Below are positions 50,632 through 61,446 of a stretch of DNA of 64,000 nt, one piece after another (within the stretch, counting starts at the first letter, position 1; every line of letters starts with the position of its first letter). The DNA is from an uncultured delta proteobacterium (lineage in GTDB: Bacteria; Desulfobacterota; Binatia; Binatales; Binataceae): positions 35,807-99,806 of the forward strand of contig CAWKKB010000005.1 in assembly GCA_963850125.1 (NCBI GenBank), written 5' to 3'. Position numbers and translations under genes: made by a program. The notes beneath the pieces were generated by a model. It had not been told where the DNA came from. It saw nothing but the letters and a program-made list of their open reading frames with translations, and ran no database searches.

Positions 50632-51372
50632 TCAATTCGCGTGCTTGATGTCGCCGTTGGCGGCGGCGTTGGCCGCTGCTGTGAAAATATCCATCGGCGC
50701 CAGCGGTGGACGACGCTTGCGCTTCAAGTCCGCGAGCTCGGCCTGGGCCTTGGCTTCGGCATTGCGCATCCGAATTGCTTCGAGCTTGTCGCCCAGCTCG
50801 GAGCCCGCGATTTCGTGATTTACGCCCGCCTGCGCAAGCATCCGCTGGATCGACTCGCGCACTTCTTCGAGCGCGCGCACGTCGTCGTCGGACGAAATCT
50901 CTTCGAGCGCTCGCTGGATTCGGACGCGAGCCTGCGCGTTCCTCATCCTTGCGATCATCCGAACCTTTTCGACCTTGAGCTTTTCAATCTCGCCCTTGAA
51001 CGAGATCAAATTCTTCTTCGCGTCCTCCGCTTCCGAAGTCAGCTCGCCGAGCTCTTCGCGGAGCCGCGTGCAATCGCCGTCGAGGATATGTTTCCGCTGA
51101 ATCAGGATCAGCGCGCATTGATCCTCGTTCATGTCGGCGGCCTGCCCTGCTTCTTCGTCGACTTCCTTCATCTCGGCGAGTTTTTCGCGCAGCTCGCGCT
51201 CGAGCTTGTTGCGCATGTAGATGACGCCGGCCGCCGCGGTCTTGAGCTGATGGTATCGGTGCACGCGATCCGAGATCGCGGACTCGTACACCGCCTCGGG
51301 GTCGCGCGCCTCGCGCGCCTTAATCCAGCGGCTTAACTTGCCTCCGAGCAATTTGAAAAATCTTGATAACAC
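50632..51372 (-). CDS. pspA: PspA/IM30 family protein
   Basis: Amphipathic N-terminus + DPE, long coiled coils, AQAELA.LK; GTG start with AAGGAG RBS. Confidence 0.88.
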   Translation of the reverse strand: MLSRFFKLLGGKLSRWIKAREARDPEAVYESAISDRVHRYHQLKTAAAGVIYMRNKLERELREKLAEMKEVDEEAGQAADMNEDQCALILIQRKHILDGDCTRLREELGELTSEAEDAKKNLISFKGEIEKLKVEKVRMIARMRNAQARVRIQRALEEISSDDDVRALEEVRESIQRMLAQAGVNHEIAGSELGDKLEAIRMRNAEAKAQAELADLKRKRRPPLAPMDIFTAAANAAANGDIKHAN

Positions 51373-51433
51373 CTTCGTTCTCCTTTGCGGCCGCGAGCGC
51401 GATCCGCTTGCGCAGCCGGCTGTTGCTGAATTT

Positions 51434-51916
51434 TCAGATCCAACGCCTGACGCGGTACGTGTAGTCGCGGTACTCCTGGCCGAAGAGCCGCTCCATCGTT
51501 TCTTCCTCGCGCGGAATCACCATCCGATCGATCACCGCGAAGAAAACCGCCGGCGCCAGCAGCATCACGATCGATCCGAAGAAAATCGCCAGTCCCAACA
51601 ACGTCGTCGCGAGGCCGAGATACATAGGATTTCGGGTCCACGTGTACGGCGGCCGCACGACAAATGCGGTCGGTTCGCCGTACGGGTTCCTGGTGGTATC
51701 GCGCGCGCCGAAAATCGCCGCGGCGAAACAAATCACTCCCGCGCCGGCCGCAACGACCAGCAGACCGATAAACTGCTCCCATCCGACCGTGCGCTCCTCT
51801 GGCAGGATGAAATGAAGCGCGAGCGCGACCAGCAGGAGAGCGCCCGCCAGCAGGGGCGGATGAATCTTCATGGTCGTGAGCGTGGTGCTGGAGGCCTGAG
51901 GTTCTGTCGAGTTCAT
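51434..51916 (-). CDS. Isoprenylcysteine carboxyl methyltransferase / PEMT-family membrane protein
   Basis: PY.WTRNPMYLG, IPREE..M...FG..Y..Y..RVRRWI. Confidence 0.9.
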   Translation of the reverse strand: MNSTEPQASSTTLTTMKIHPPLLAGALLLVALALHFILPEERTVGWEQFIGLLVVAAGAGVICFAAAIFGARDTTRNPYGEPTAFVVRPPYTWTRNPMYLGLATTLLGLAIFFGSIVMLLAPAVFFAVIDRMVIPREEETMERLFGQEYRDYTYRVRRWI

Positions 51917-51935
51917 TGCTTATCGTCTCCCCGTT

Positions 51936-53380
<1,445 letters not shown>

Positions 53381-53384
<4 letters not shown>

Positions 53385-54898
53385 TTTCGTAGCCTCGAGG
53401 TCTGAGCGGATGGCGCCCCCGCCGCGAGCGGAACTATTGGCGTGGTAACCGCACCGCTATTATTGTTTCCCGCGTTGTTCTGCGGCGCCGGTTCGGCGGC
53501 CGCTTCACCCACGATGTCCGGCGATTCGGCCGACGACTGGACTACGTCGTCGTTGTCGCGAACCGAGTCGCTGAGCGGAATCGCGAGCACAAACTCGGTG
53601 CCCTGCCCCACTTTGCTGTGCACCTCGATCGTTCCGCGATGCGAGTCGATCACTTTTTTCGCGACGCCCAGGCCAAGCCCGGTGCCGTTGGTCTTCGAGG
53701 TGTAGAAGGGATTGAAAATTTTCGCGATCTTGTCGTCGGCAATCCCGCAGCCGTTGTCGCGAATCCGGACCGCCGCCATGCCGGCGCCGTTATTCTGGAT
53801 CGCGAACTCGAGCCGGCGCTCGCCGGTTGTCGACTCCATCGCGTCGATCGCATTGTCGATGATGTTCGAGAAAACCTGCCGCAGCTTGTCAGCGTCGGCG
53901 CGCACGGTCGGACCGCTCAGGTATGCGCGCGAAACGGCCACCGAGTTCGCCTCGAGCTTGCTGCGCATCTGCGTCAGCGCGCCGTCGAGCACCCACGCGA
54001 GGTTCACGTTCTCGAACTTGTAGTCCTCTTCCTTCGCGTATTTCAGCAGATGCGACACGCTGCGCTCGACGCGTGCGAGCTCATCGAGCGCGACCTTCGC
54101 GTACTCGACATTCTCGTGCGAGGTGGGATCCTCGCCCATCTGCTGCACCAAGCTTTTCGCGGCCGCGATCGGATTTCGGATTTCGTGGGCGAAGGTTGCG
54201 GTCAACTCATCGAGCGACGCCTGCTTTTCGGTCCGGAGCTGCTCCTTTTCCTGCAGAACTTCGCGCTGAACTTCGCGTGCGACCGCGGGCTGGAACACGC
54301 GATCATGGACCCATCGCCAGCCGTACACTGCCGAAAAGTGGCTCGCGATTCCAAATCCCCAGCCGAGCGCCGGCCAGATGAACCACGGATATCCGCCGAA
54401 CCCGGTCGTCATAAGATTGATGATGAACAGGAAGCCGATGATGATGCCGTACCACATCAGATGCACGAAGAAGCCGGCCTCGGCCTGTGCTCGTTTGCGG
54501 GCGCGCTCGTAGGTCTGTCGCTCGGCGTCGTTCTTGAATTGCGGTGGCGGCGGCATATCCTGCGCAGGGTCCGCGCTGACGCCGCTGTATTTGTTTGTCT
54601 GACGGTCGAATCGCGAGCGCATCTTGCGCTCGAATTTCTCGGCCTTGGCCTCGAACTTGCGCGCCATCTTGGAGTCGAAATCGCGCTTTATCTTGGCGTG
54701 AAGATCACTGGCGAAGCGCTCCGCGGACGCCGCTGTGGAAGCTTTCGCGTCCTCCGTCCACTTCGACCAGTCGCGCGACCATCGCGAGCCGCGCCCGTAC
54801 TGCGACCAATCGGCGTACTTCATCCAGCGCATTCTGTTTCGTTTTCGATGTTGCACGACCGCGTAAATGATTAGTGCTATTATAAAGATGCCGAACAT
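53381..54898 (-). CDS. Sensor histidine kinase with 2TM domain
   Basis: AHEIRNP, N-box NAIDA, DNGCGI, F.PFYTSK..GTGLGL; 2TM-like [23 protein letters not shown]...H. Confidence 0.93.
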
Positions 54899-54999
54899 CC
54901 TGCCTCACCTGCGGCCGGAAATGCCGGTCCGTGTAATTGACCTATCGAGTCGCCAGAACTAAAACAATCGCCCTTCATCTGCTGGTCCTGACCTCTAAG

Positions 55000-55016
55000 T
55001 GCAAAGCGGATGCCGA
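55000..55016 (-). promoter_or_regulatory. Sigma54 -24/-12 promoter
   Basis: Minus strand TCGGCATCCGCTTTGCA: GG-N10-GC, close to TGGCAC-N5-TTGCA; about 100 bp upstream of the kinase ATG. Confidence 0.75.
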
Positions 55017-55087
55017 CGCACGATCGCTTGAAAAACCCAGCATTTGCGCCGATTCCAGGGATCATACACGCAAAGATGGCGTCCAGG

Positions 55088-55119
55088 TGCAGTCGCGCCA
55101 TTGCAGTCCTCGCACTGCA
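55088..55119. promoter_or_regulatory. Candidate upstream activator sequence
   Basis: TGCA-N10-TGCA-N10-TGCA including the palindrome TGCAGT-N6-ACTGCA, about 75-105 bp upstream of the -24 box. Confidence 0.5.
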
Positions 55120-55213
55120 TCGAGCTTGATCCTCGCGGTTCCTTGACTTCGACCGCAATCGGAATATTTTCATAAGTCGAGCTGGCCGGGGTTGCCCGCG
55201 ATTGAGGGATTCG

Positions 55214-56023
55214 ATGACTCAGTACTGGCCATTTTCAGGTCTGGTGCGACAAAACGCTCTGCGCGAGCGGCTGATCGTGTCGATGGACCTGCGCGACCGG
55301 GCCGAGGCGCTCAAGCTGGTTGACCGCCTGGCGCGGGTGGTCGGGATGTTCAAAGTTGGACGCGCGCTGTTCATCGGCGGCGGCCCGGATTTCATTCGCG
55401 AGATACGCCGGCGCGGCGCCGAAGTTTTTCTCGACCTCAAGTTTCACGACAGCCCGCAAAAAGTGCTGCGTGCGGCGGTCGAGGCGACGCGGCTCGGGGT
55501 CAAGATGTTCGACATCCATCCGTACGGCTCGAATTGCGGCTCGAACGAGATGATGACGCGGACGCGCGCCGAGGTCGCGCGCATCTGCAGGACGGAGGGG
55601 CTTCGCCGGCCGAGTATCCTGGCGGTCGCGACGCTCGCCGATACGAAATCGCTAAATTCGACTTCGCGTCCTCCCGGCTCGCCCGACCGCGTCACCGAAA
55701 TCGCTCGCTTCGCCGCCGACGCGTCGCTCGACGGCGTCGTCACCTGGCCGCAAGAAGTTACCCGCGTGCGCAACACTTGCGGACGCCGATTCATCATCGT
55801 GACTTCGGGCGTGCAGCTTCGCGAGCCGGGCGGCACGACCTCGAATACAATCACGGCCGCCGACGCGATCCGCGCAGGCGCCGACTATGTCGTCATCGGC
55901 AGTCCGATCTGGCGCGCCGCCGAGCCGCTGCACGCGGTGCGCGAGATTACCGATGACATCGAGCGCGGACTGCGCAACAGTCCCCGCCGCACGTTTGAAA
56001 TTCTCAACCCCCGTCCCGTATAG
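55214..56023 (+). CDS. Divergent orotidine-5'-phosphate decarboxylase-like protein
   Basis: KVG, DLKFHD, AI.AGADYVVIG; canonical IPNT, PGIR, DQxR and GR motifs are altered. Confidence 0.8.
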   Translation: MTQYWPFSGLVRQNALRERLIVSMDLRDRAEALKLVDRLARVVGMFKVGRALFIGGGPDFIREIRRRGAEVFLDLKFHDSPQKVLRAAVEATRLGVKMFDIHPYGSNCGSNEMMTRTRAEVARICRTEGLRRPSILAVATLADTKSLNSTSRPPGSPDRVTEIARFAADASLDGVVTWPQEVTRVRNTCGRRFIIVTSGVQLREPGGTTSNTITAADAIRAGADYVVIGSPIWRAAEPLHAVREITDDIERGLRNSPRRTFEILNPRPV

Positions 56024-56107
56024 TCTGGGTCCGATCGATCCGCGTTTGCCCTTTCCGATTCGAAGCAAACTGCGATTGCGCGCAATGCCAGCATCCGGAG
56101 CCTGTTC

Positions 56108-56935
56108 TTGCTTGAAATCCTGATTAGCCTGCTGGCGCTTTCAATCAGCGCCGGATTCATCGGCGCAATCTCAGGCCTCGGCGGCGGCGTGTTCATCGTG
56201 CCCGCGCTGGTTATTCTCGCGCACATGCCGATGAAGGTCGCGGTTGGCGCGAGCCTGATCTCGGTCGTCGCGACCAGCGCCGGCGCCAGCGTCGCGTTCG
56301 TGCGCGACGGATGGACCAACCTGAAAGTCGCGATGGTCCTCGAATGCGCGACCGTCACCGGCGCCGTAATCGGCGCTTATCTGGCCGGCGTCGTGCCTAC
56401 CGTCGTGCTCGAATTGCTCTTCGCCGCGATGATGCTCCAGTCGGCATACTTCACGATCACCAAGCGCGGCGATGACATCCTGACCAAGGGTGATCCGCTC
56501 GCCGAGCGGCTCGACCTCGCAGGCGAAGTCCCCGATCCCAGCGGAAAACCGATCCACTACGAAGTCGTGAAAGTACCGCAGGGCGCCGCGCTGATGGTGG
56601 TCGCGGGCCTCATGTCGGGTCTGCTCGGAATCGGGTCGGGTGCGCTCAAGGTGATGGCGATGGACTACATCATGCACCTGCCGCTCAAAGTTTCGAGCGC
56701 GACCAGCAACTTCATGATCGGCGTCACCGCCGGCGCCGGCGCACTCGTGTTCCTCGCGCGCGGCGACGTTTCTACCACCATCGCTGCGCCGGTTGCGATC
56801 GGCGTCACCGCAGGTGCGCTCACCGGCAGCCGCGTCCTGCCGCACCTCAAGGTGGAGTCGCTACGGATCGTTTTCGTGATAATTCTTCTGTTGATCGCGG
56901 CCGAGATGGGATGGCGCGCGTTGTCGGGGATCTAA
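56108..56935 (+). CDS. TauE/SafE family sulfite exporter
   Basis: GLGGGVFIVP, SL.SV.ATS, SGLLGIGSG, ATSNFMIGVT. Confidence 0.92.
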   Translation: MLEILISLLALSISAGFIGAISGLGGGVFIVPALVILAHMPMKVAVGASLISVVATSAGASVAFVRDGWTNLKVAMVLECATVTGAVIGAYLAGVVPTVVLELLFAAMMLQSAYFTITKRGDDILTKGDPLAERLDLAGEVPDPSGKPIHYEVVKVPQGAALMVVAGLMSGLLGIGSGALKVMAMDYIMHLPLKVSSATSNFMIGVTAGAGALVFLARGDVSTTIAAPVAIGVTAGALTGSRVLPHLKVESLRIVFVIILLLIAAEMGWRALSGI

Positions 56936-56938
56936 GCG

Positions 56939-57328
56939 ATGCCGAAGCAGGACGAAGATCGAATACTCAGAGTCTGGACGCCGATTCTGCTGCGGACAAT
57001 TCTGATCCTCGCGATGATCACACTCATCATCGGAGTCGTCCTGACCTACACCTTCGCCCCCGACTACTATGTCGACCGCTACCGCGCGGTGGAGCAGGGT
57101 CATCTGATCGGCAAGGAAAAGTTCGGACTGCTGCTTCAACGGATTCGGGAAGGCAATCCGCACGCGGTGTTGACGATCGGCTTGTTCGAGCTGACCCTCG
57201 TCCCGCTCGCGCGCGTCGCCTTCTGCTTCATGCTCTTCATCCGCGAACGCGATTGGACCTATGTTGCTTTCACCGCCTACGTGCTCGCGGGGTTGATAGT
57301 TGGCGTGCTGGTTGGGAGTGTTGGTTAG
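56939..57328 (+). CDS. DUF1634-family membrane protein
   Basis: IG...L.LVPLARV......RD..Y; usual TauE neighbour. Confidence 0.8.
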   Translation: MPKQDEDRILRVWTPILLRTILILAMITLIIGVVLTYTFAPDYYVDRYRAVEQGHLIGKEKFGLLLQRIREGNPHAVLTIGLFELTLVPLARVAFCFMLFIRERDWTYVAFTAYVLAGLIVGVLVGSVG

Positions 57329-57362
57329 TGATCGATTAGAATTTCGGACGGAGGATCGCGCG

Positions 57363-58137
57363 ATGGAAATAAAAGGCAAGGTCGGCGTCATCACCGGCGG
57401 CTCATCGGGAATCGGGCGCGCAACGTCGGAACGACTGGCGAAAGAAGGCGCGGCGATCGTGGTCGCCGATCTCGACGAGACGGGCGGTGCCGAAACCGTC
57501 AAACGAATCGAGAGCGCCGGCGGCCGTGCCGTCTTTGTGAAGGCGGACGTCACCAGGCTCGAAGACGCGCGCCGGATGCTCGACACCGCGGTCTCGAAGT
57601 TCGGCCGCCTCGACATCCTGCACAACAACGCCGGCATCGGCGTCGGTGCACCCGGCTTTCCCGACGCACCGCCGGAGCGATGGCATCTGGTGATCGAAAT
57701 CGATCTGCAGGCGGTGATTCTCGGCACCGGCCTCGCGGCACCGCTGATGCAGAAGAACGGCGGCGGCGTCATCATCAACACGGCCTCGATGGCCGGCCTG
57801 TATCCGCATCGCCAGGACGCAGTTTACGGCGCAGCCAAGGGGGGAGTGGTCAACTTCACGCATTCGCTCGCATCATGGGAGGCGGAACGAAAGATCCGCG
57901 TCAACTGCATCTGCCCCGGGGTCGTCGATACGCCTTTGGTACGGAAGGGGACTGGAGCAGCGAAGAAACTCGGCATGAAGAGCTGGATGCCATCAAAAAT
58001 AATCCAGCCCGAAGAAATCGCCGATGCGAGTAGTAAGCCTCGTGCGCGACGATTCACTATTCGGCTGCGCACTAGAGGTACGCCCCACCGGCCGCCAAAT
58101 CGTGGATCCGCGCCCCGCCCCCGGCTCACGCAGATGA
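57363..58137 (+). pseudogene. SDR oxidoreductase with a +1 frameshift at about 58029
   Basis: TGGSSGIG, NNAG, TAS, YGAAK, RVNCICPG; removing A58029 gives IADAVVSLVRDDSLFGCALEVRP...* at 58137. Confidence 0.82.
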
Positions 58138-58205
58138 TCGCGGCCGCTTTAGACGGCTGGGGTTACCGGATGCTGCCCCTTCCAGCCATCGGCGGTCGCT
58201 CTCGC

Positions 58206-58535
58206 TCAGGCTGCGGAGGACGTTCTGTGAACCGGAATTCGTTCTAGTTCGGAGCGGAGTTCACGTTCGGCGCGCCAGAGGTCACAGGCTTGCTGCATTC
58301 GCAGCCATATTCCAGGTCCGTTGCCGCAAAACCGGCCGAGCCGCGCGGCCATCTCGGGCGTTACAGATACCTTCTCGGCCATAATCCGATGAAGCGTCTG
58401 CCGCGTTACGCCAAGATGCCGAGCTGCCTCGCTGATCGAAAGACCGAGCGCAGGAAGGACGTCTTCACGCAGAATAGCACCCGGATGGGTCGGCCTTCGG
58501 GGCGCATCGCTTCTCGCTGCTCGCTTGGTGATCAT
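58206..58535 (-). CDS. higA: HigA-family antitoxin (no toxin seen)
   Basis: PTHPGAILREDVLP, AARHLGVTRQTL, TPEMAARL, WLRMQQACDLW. Confidence 0.9.
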   Translation of the reverse strand: MITKRAARSDAPRRPTHPGAILREDVLPALGLSISEAARHLGVTRQTLHRIMAEKVSVTPEMAARLGRFCGNGPGIWLRMQQACDLWRAERELRSELERIPVHRTSSAA

Positions 58536-58624
58536 AGTTGTACTTCCAGAAGCGCGAATCATTGCTTTTGACGGCAGTTTGAAAGTTACAGGTGTTTGGC
58601 GTCGGCCAGTACGCGCTTACGCGC

Positions 58625-58663
58625 GAGATCCTTCGCGAAGCTCAGGATGACACAAAAAAAGGA
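58625..58663. repeat. Half REP-like element of the 6560-6635 family
   Basis: GAGATCCTTCGCGAAGCTCAGGATGACACAAAAAAAGGA versus TCAGAATGACACAAAAAAAGGA at about 6614-6635. Confidence 0.65.
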
Positions 58664-58749
58664 CGGGCACGCGATGATGCTTGAGAGGGAAGCATGCGCC
58701 GCGGAAGTCTCGCGTGGCGGCCCTTAAGCGTTCGGAGGCTCTTGAGTAC

Positions 58750-59208
58750 ACTCAAACGCTTTTCCTCAATAGCCGTAAATTATAGTGGTCGCCCTCCTGG
58801 TCGGCAGCGTACTCCTTATCCGCGCCCAAAATTTCTAGTGGGGAGGGGAATGGTCGCAAGTGGATTGTGCACAACGGTCAACTGAAGACCCTCATCCAGC
58901 GTGTCTTTTCGCCAGCATCCGATGATTGCGCTCACGTTAGCATAGTTCGGATCGAGAAAATTTGCGGTCGCAACTGAGGAATTGTTGGGCTTTTTGATTG
59001 CGTGTTGTGGAACGTTTACCGGTTCGCCAACAGGCTCACCTTCTGGCGTAAACACCAAAGCAATAGGACCGATTGGAAACACCGCCTCGACGGCAAACGG
59101 AAATCCGCTGACTCCCAAATCGTTCATCGCATACTCTTGAAGGCGGCACGAGTTCACAGCGATGACGGTGCAATCCTTACGCGATAGATGCCATCGTCTC
59201 TGTGCCAT
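58750..59208 (-). pseudogene. Remnant of a hypothetical gene (C-terminal part)
   Basis: Low-GC ORF with VSAIIG..VVHNPLATIPLP; an apparent continuation KEYAADQEGDHYNL lies in another frame. Confidence 0.35.
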
Positions 59209-59242
59209 TCTGAATAGTATTCGAGCTTATTAGAGCGCTTGT

Positions 59243-59990
59243 AGCATTATCGCGGCGCTGTTGGGTCTCGGGTTCTCTGTTGACGAAATTCACGCTGCGT
59301 ACAGGGAATACGTTCCAATAGTTATGAAGCAATGGCACGCGTCGAGCCGGTCTCGGGCTCTCAAGCGTCTTGCAAAAAACATTTTTGGAGATCGAGGGTT
59401 CGATCAGTTCAATACCGAGGGAATCGTAGCCACCGGGCAGCTAGAAAAGCCAATGCTCTTCCTGGGCCATCACGCGGCTAACTTGGAGCCACGGCCCTTT
59501 TTTGGTGGTTTCGGATATGTAGCGGAGCGGTTATGCTTCGGGGCCGGAGTAACCGTTTTTAAGAGACCGACCATCAGAACGAGCGCTGGAGATCAGATTG
59601 AGGTAATGGACGGAGGTTATTGCGCAAACAATCCAGATTCTAAGCGCTTGATGCATGCTGCCGAAATCCCGAACTGACGTTCGTGTCGTCAGTATTGGCG
59701 TGGGATCATATCCAGAGCCACGACACTGGTCCGCTACTGCTGCCCAGCCTTTTCATTCTTGCGCTTATGAGAAAACGCTCAAACTTCATACTGAATCGAT
59801 GGAACAGTTGCGTTCGGTTCTTTTCAAAGACGTTTGGACAATAAGAATCAATGACACTTTCGAACAGCCCGAAATGGCAACCGATCTTCTGGAATCTGAC
59901 CTCGACAAATTGAATTTGCTTCATCAGATCCGAGGTAGCGAGTCATGTCCCAAACATGACAGACTTGCAAGAGCTGATGCTATGAAATCA
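59243..59990 (+). pseudogene. Degraded patatin-like phospholipase
   Basis: SIIAALLGLG, DGGYCANNP, VRVVSIGVG.YPEP, DTFEQPEMATDL spread over several frames; the GxSxG region is missing. Confidence 0.7.
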
Positions 59991-60009
59991 GAATTTGTTC
60001 AAGTTGGGC

Positions 60010-60278
60010 GTGAGATTCACCTCGCCGGCAAGGTCACAGGCTTCTGCATTCGCACCATATTCCAGGTCCGTTGCCGCAGAACCTGCATAGCCGCGCGGCC
60101 ATCTCGGGCGTTACAGATACCTTCTCGGCCATAGTCCGATAATAGCTCTGCGCTTACGAGATGCTGCACGTAGCTGCCTCGCTGATGAAAGACCTGTTCG
60201 AAGAAAGACGTTTCGCGCGCAAAGCCTCGGGATAGTGACCAACCCGCTCCGTAAATATTCATTCCGCTTGGTGATCAT
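60010..60278 (-). pseudogene. higA: Second, degraded higA copy
   Basis: Starts MITKR like 58535; 45-bp identical stretch (60089-60133 = 58339-58383); indels and stops. Confidence 0.85.
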
Positions 60279-60283
60279 CATGC

Positions 60284-61426
60284 TCAGCGCGCGCCGGCTG
60301 CTGCTGCTGATTCCTCCTGGTAGGCCTTTGAGCTTGCGCTCAGCTTTGGCATTACGTGCTTGCCGATTAGGTCGACCGTTTGCATCACCTTTTCGTGGGG
60401 GATTGCGCCTACTTGCACCAGCATCAGGATCAAATCCACGCCCGCTGATTCGTAAATCTTTGCGACCTTCAGGCAGTCTTCCGGGTCGCCGACCATTACG
60501 GCGCCTGCCTCGATTCGTTTGTCCAGGTCGGCGAGCGAGAGGCGGTAGTCGCCGATTGCGACCGCCTGCTCCGCCATCTTCTTGTAGTACTCGTAGCCCT
60601 TCACTTCCTGCTTGGCGAACGGCGTGAACAGCTCGGCGGCCTTGCGCGTGGTGAAATCGATCGCATCCTTCGCGATCACCTTGGCTTCCTCGCGCGTCGG
60701 CGCGCATACGCAGACCGTGGCCGCGGCCGTGCGATCGTTCACGAACGCGCCGACCGGCTCGCAGGTGCTGATGGCTTTCTTGTAAATCGCAATGAGCTTG
60801 TCGAGCATACCGGGCTCGGAAATTCCAAAGCCGAGGGCGCCGATTCCTTTCTGACCCGCGATTTCCCACGTCACGGGCTGCGTCGCCGCCACCCACATCG
60901 GCGGATGCGGTTTTTGGATTGGTTTCGGAATCACCTCGCGCTCAGGCATTTTGAAGAACTTGCCATCGTGACTGAACGTCTCATTCATCCACATTTTCGG
61001 GATCGCGGCGACCGCTTCTTCCCACATCGCGCGCGAATCTTCGGGATTGACCTGAAAACCACCCAATTCCTGCTCGGTGATCGATCGGCCCGATCCAAAT
61101 TCCACGCGCCCGTTCGACATGATGTCGAGCACCGCGATTCGCTCCGCCACGCGCACCGGATGGTTGAACGGAATCGGCAGCAGGCAGATGCCGTGGCCGA
61201 GCCGAATACGGCTCGTCACCTGGCTGAGCGCGCCGTACCAGACTTCGGGCGCCGACGAGTAGGACCATTCGCTGAGAAAATGATGCTCGACCGTCCAGAC
61301 CGAGTGGTAGCCGAGCCGGTCCGCAAGTTTCACCTGCTCCGTGGCCTGATGGTAGATGTCGTACATGAAGCCGGGGTAGTGCGGCCGGCTCCGCTGAATC
61401 TCGTACTGCAGCGCAAATTCCATCAA
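60284..61426 (-). CDS. LLM-class (luciferase-like) flavin-dependent oxidoreductase
   Basis: VWTVEHHF, HPVRVAERIAVLD.MS.GRVEFG.GR, PKP.QKPHPP.W. Confidence 0.93.
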   Translation of the reverse strand: MMEFALQYEIQRSRPHYPGFMYDIYHQATEQVKLADRLGYHSVWTVEHHFLSEWSYSSAPEVWYGALSQVTSRIRLGHGICLLPIPFNHPVRVAERIAVLDIMSNGRVEFGSGRSITEQELGGFQVNPEDSRAMWEEAVAAIPKMWMNETFSHDGKFFKMPEREVIPKPIQKPHPPMWVAATQPVTWEIAGQKGIGALGFGISEPGMLDKLIAIYKKAISTCEPVGAFVNDRTAAATVCVCAPTREEAKVIAKDAIDFTTRKAAELFTPFAKQEVKGYEYYKKMAEQAVAIGDYRLSLADLDKRIEAGAVMVGDPEDCLKVAKIYESAGVDLILMLVQVGAIPHEKVMQTVDLIGKHVMPKLSASSKAYQEESAAAAGAR

Positions 61427-61446
61427 CTCGTTCCTCCCTCAGTCTG

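Noticed and set aside
58726-58761. AAGCGTT...TTGAGT-AC-ACTCAA...AACGCTT hairpin
   Set aside because: Single copy in a decayed region; no function can be supported
58206-60283. Intact CBASS or other named defence system
   Set aside because: The patatin is fragmented, and no CD-NTase or other partner genes are visible
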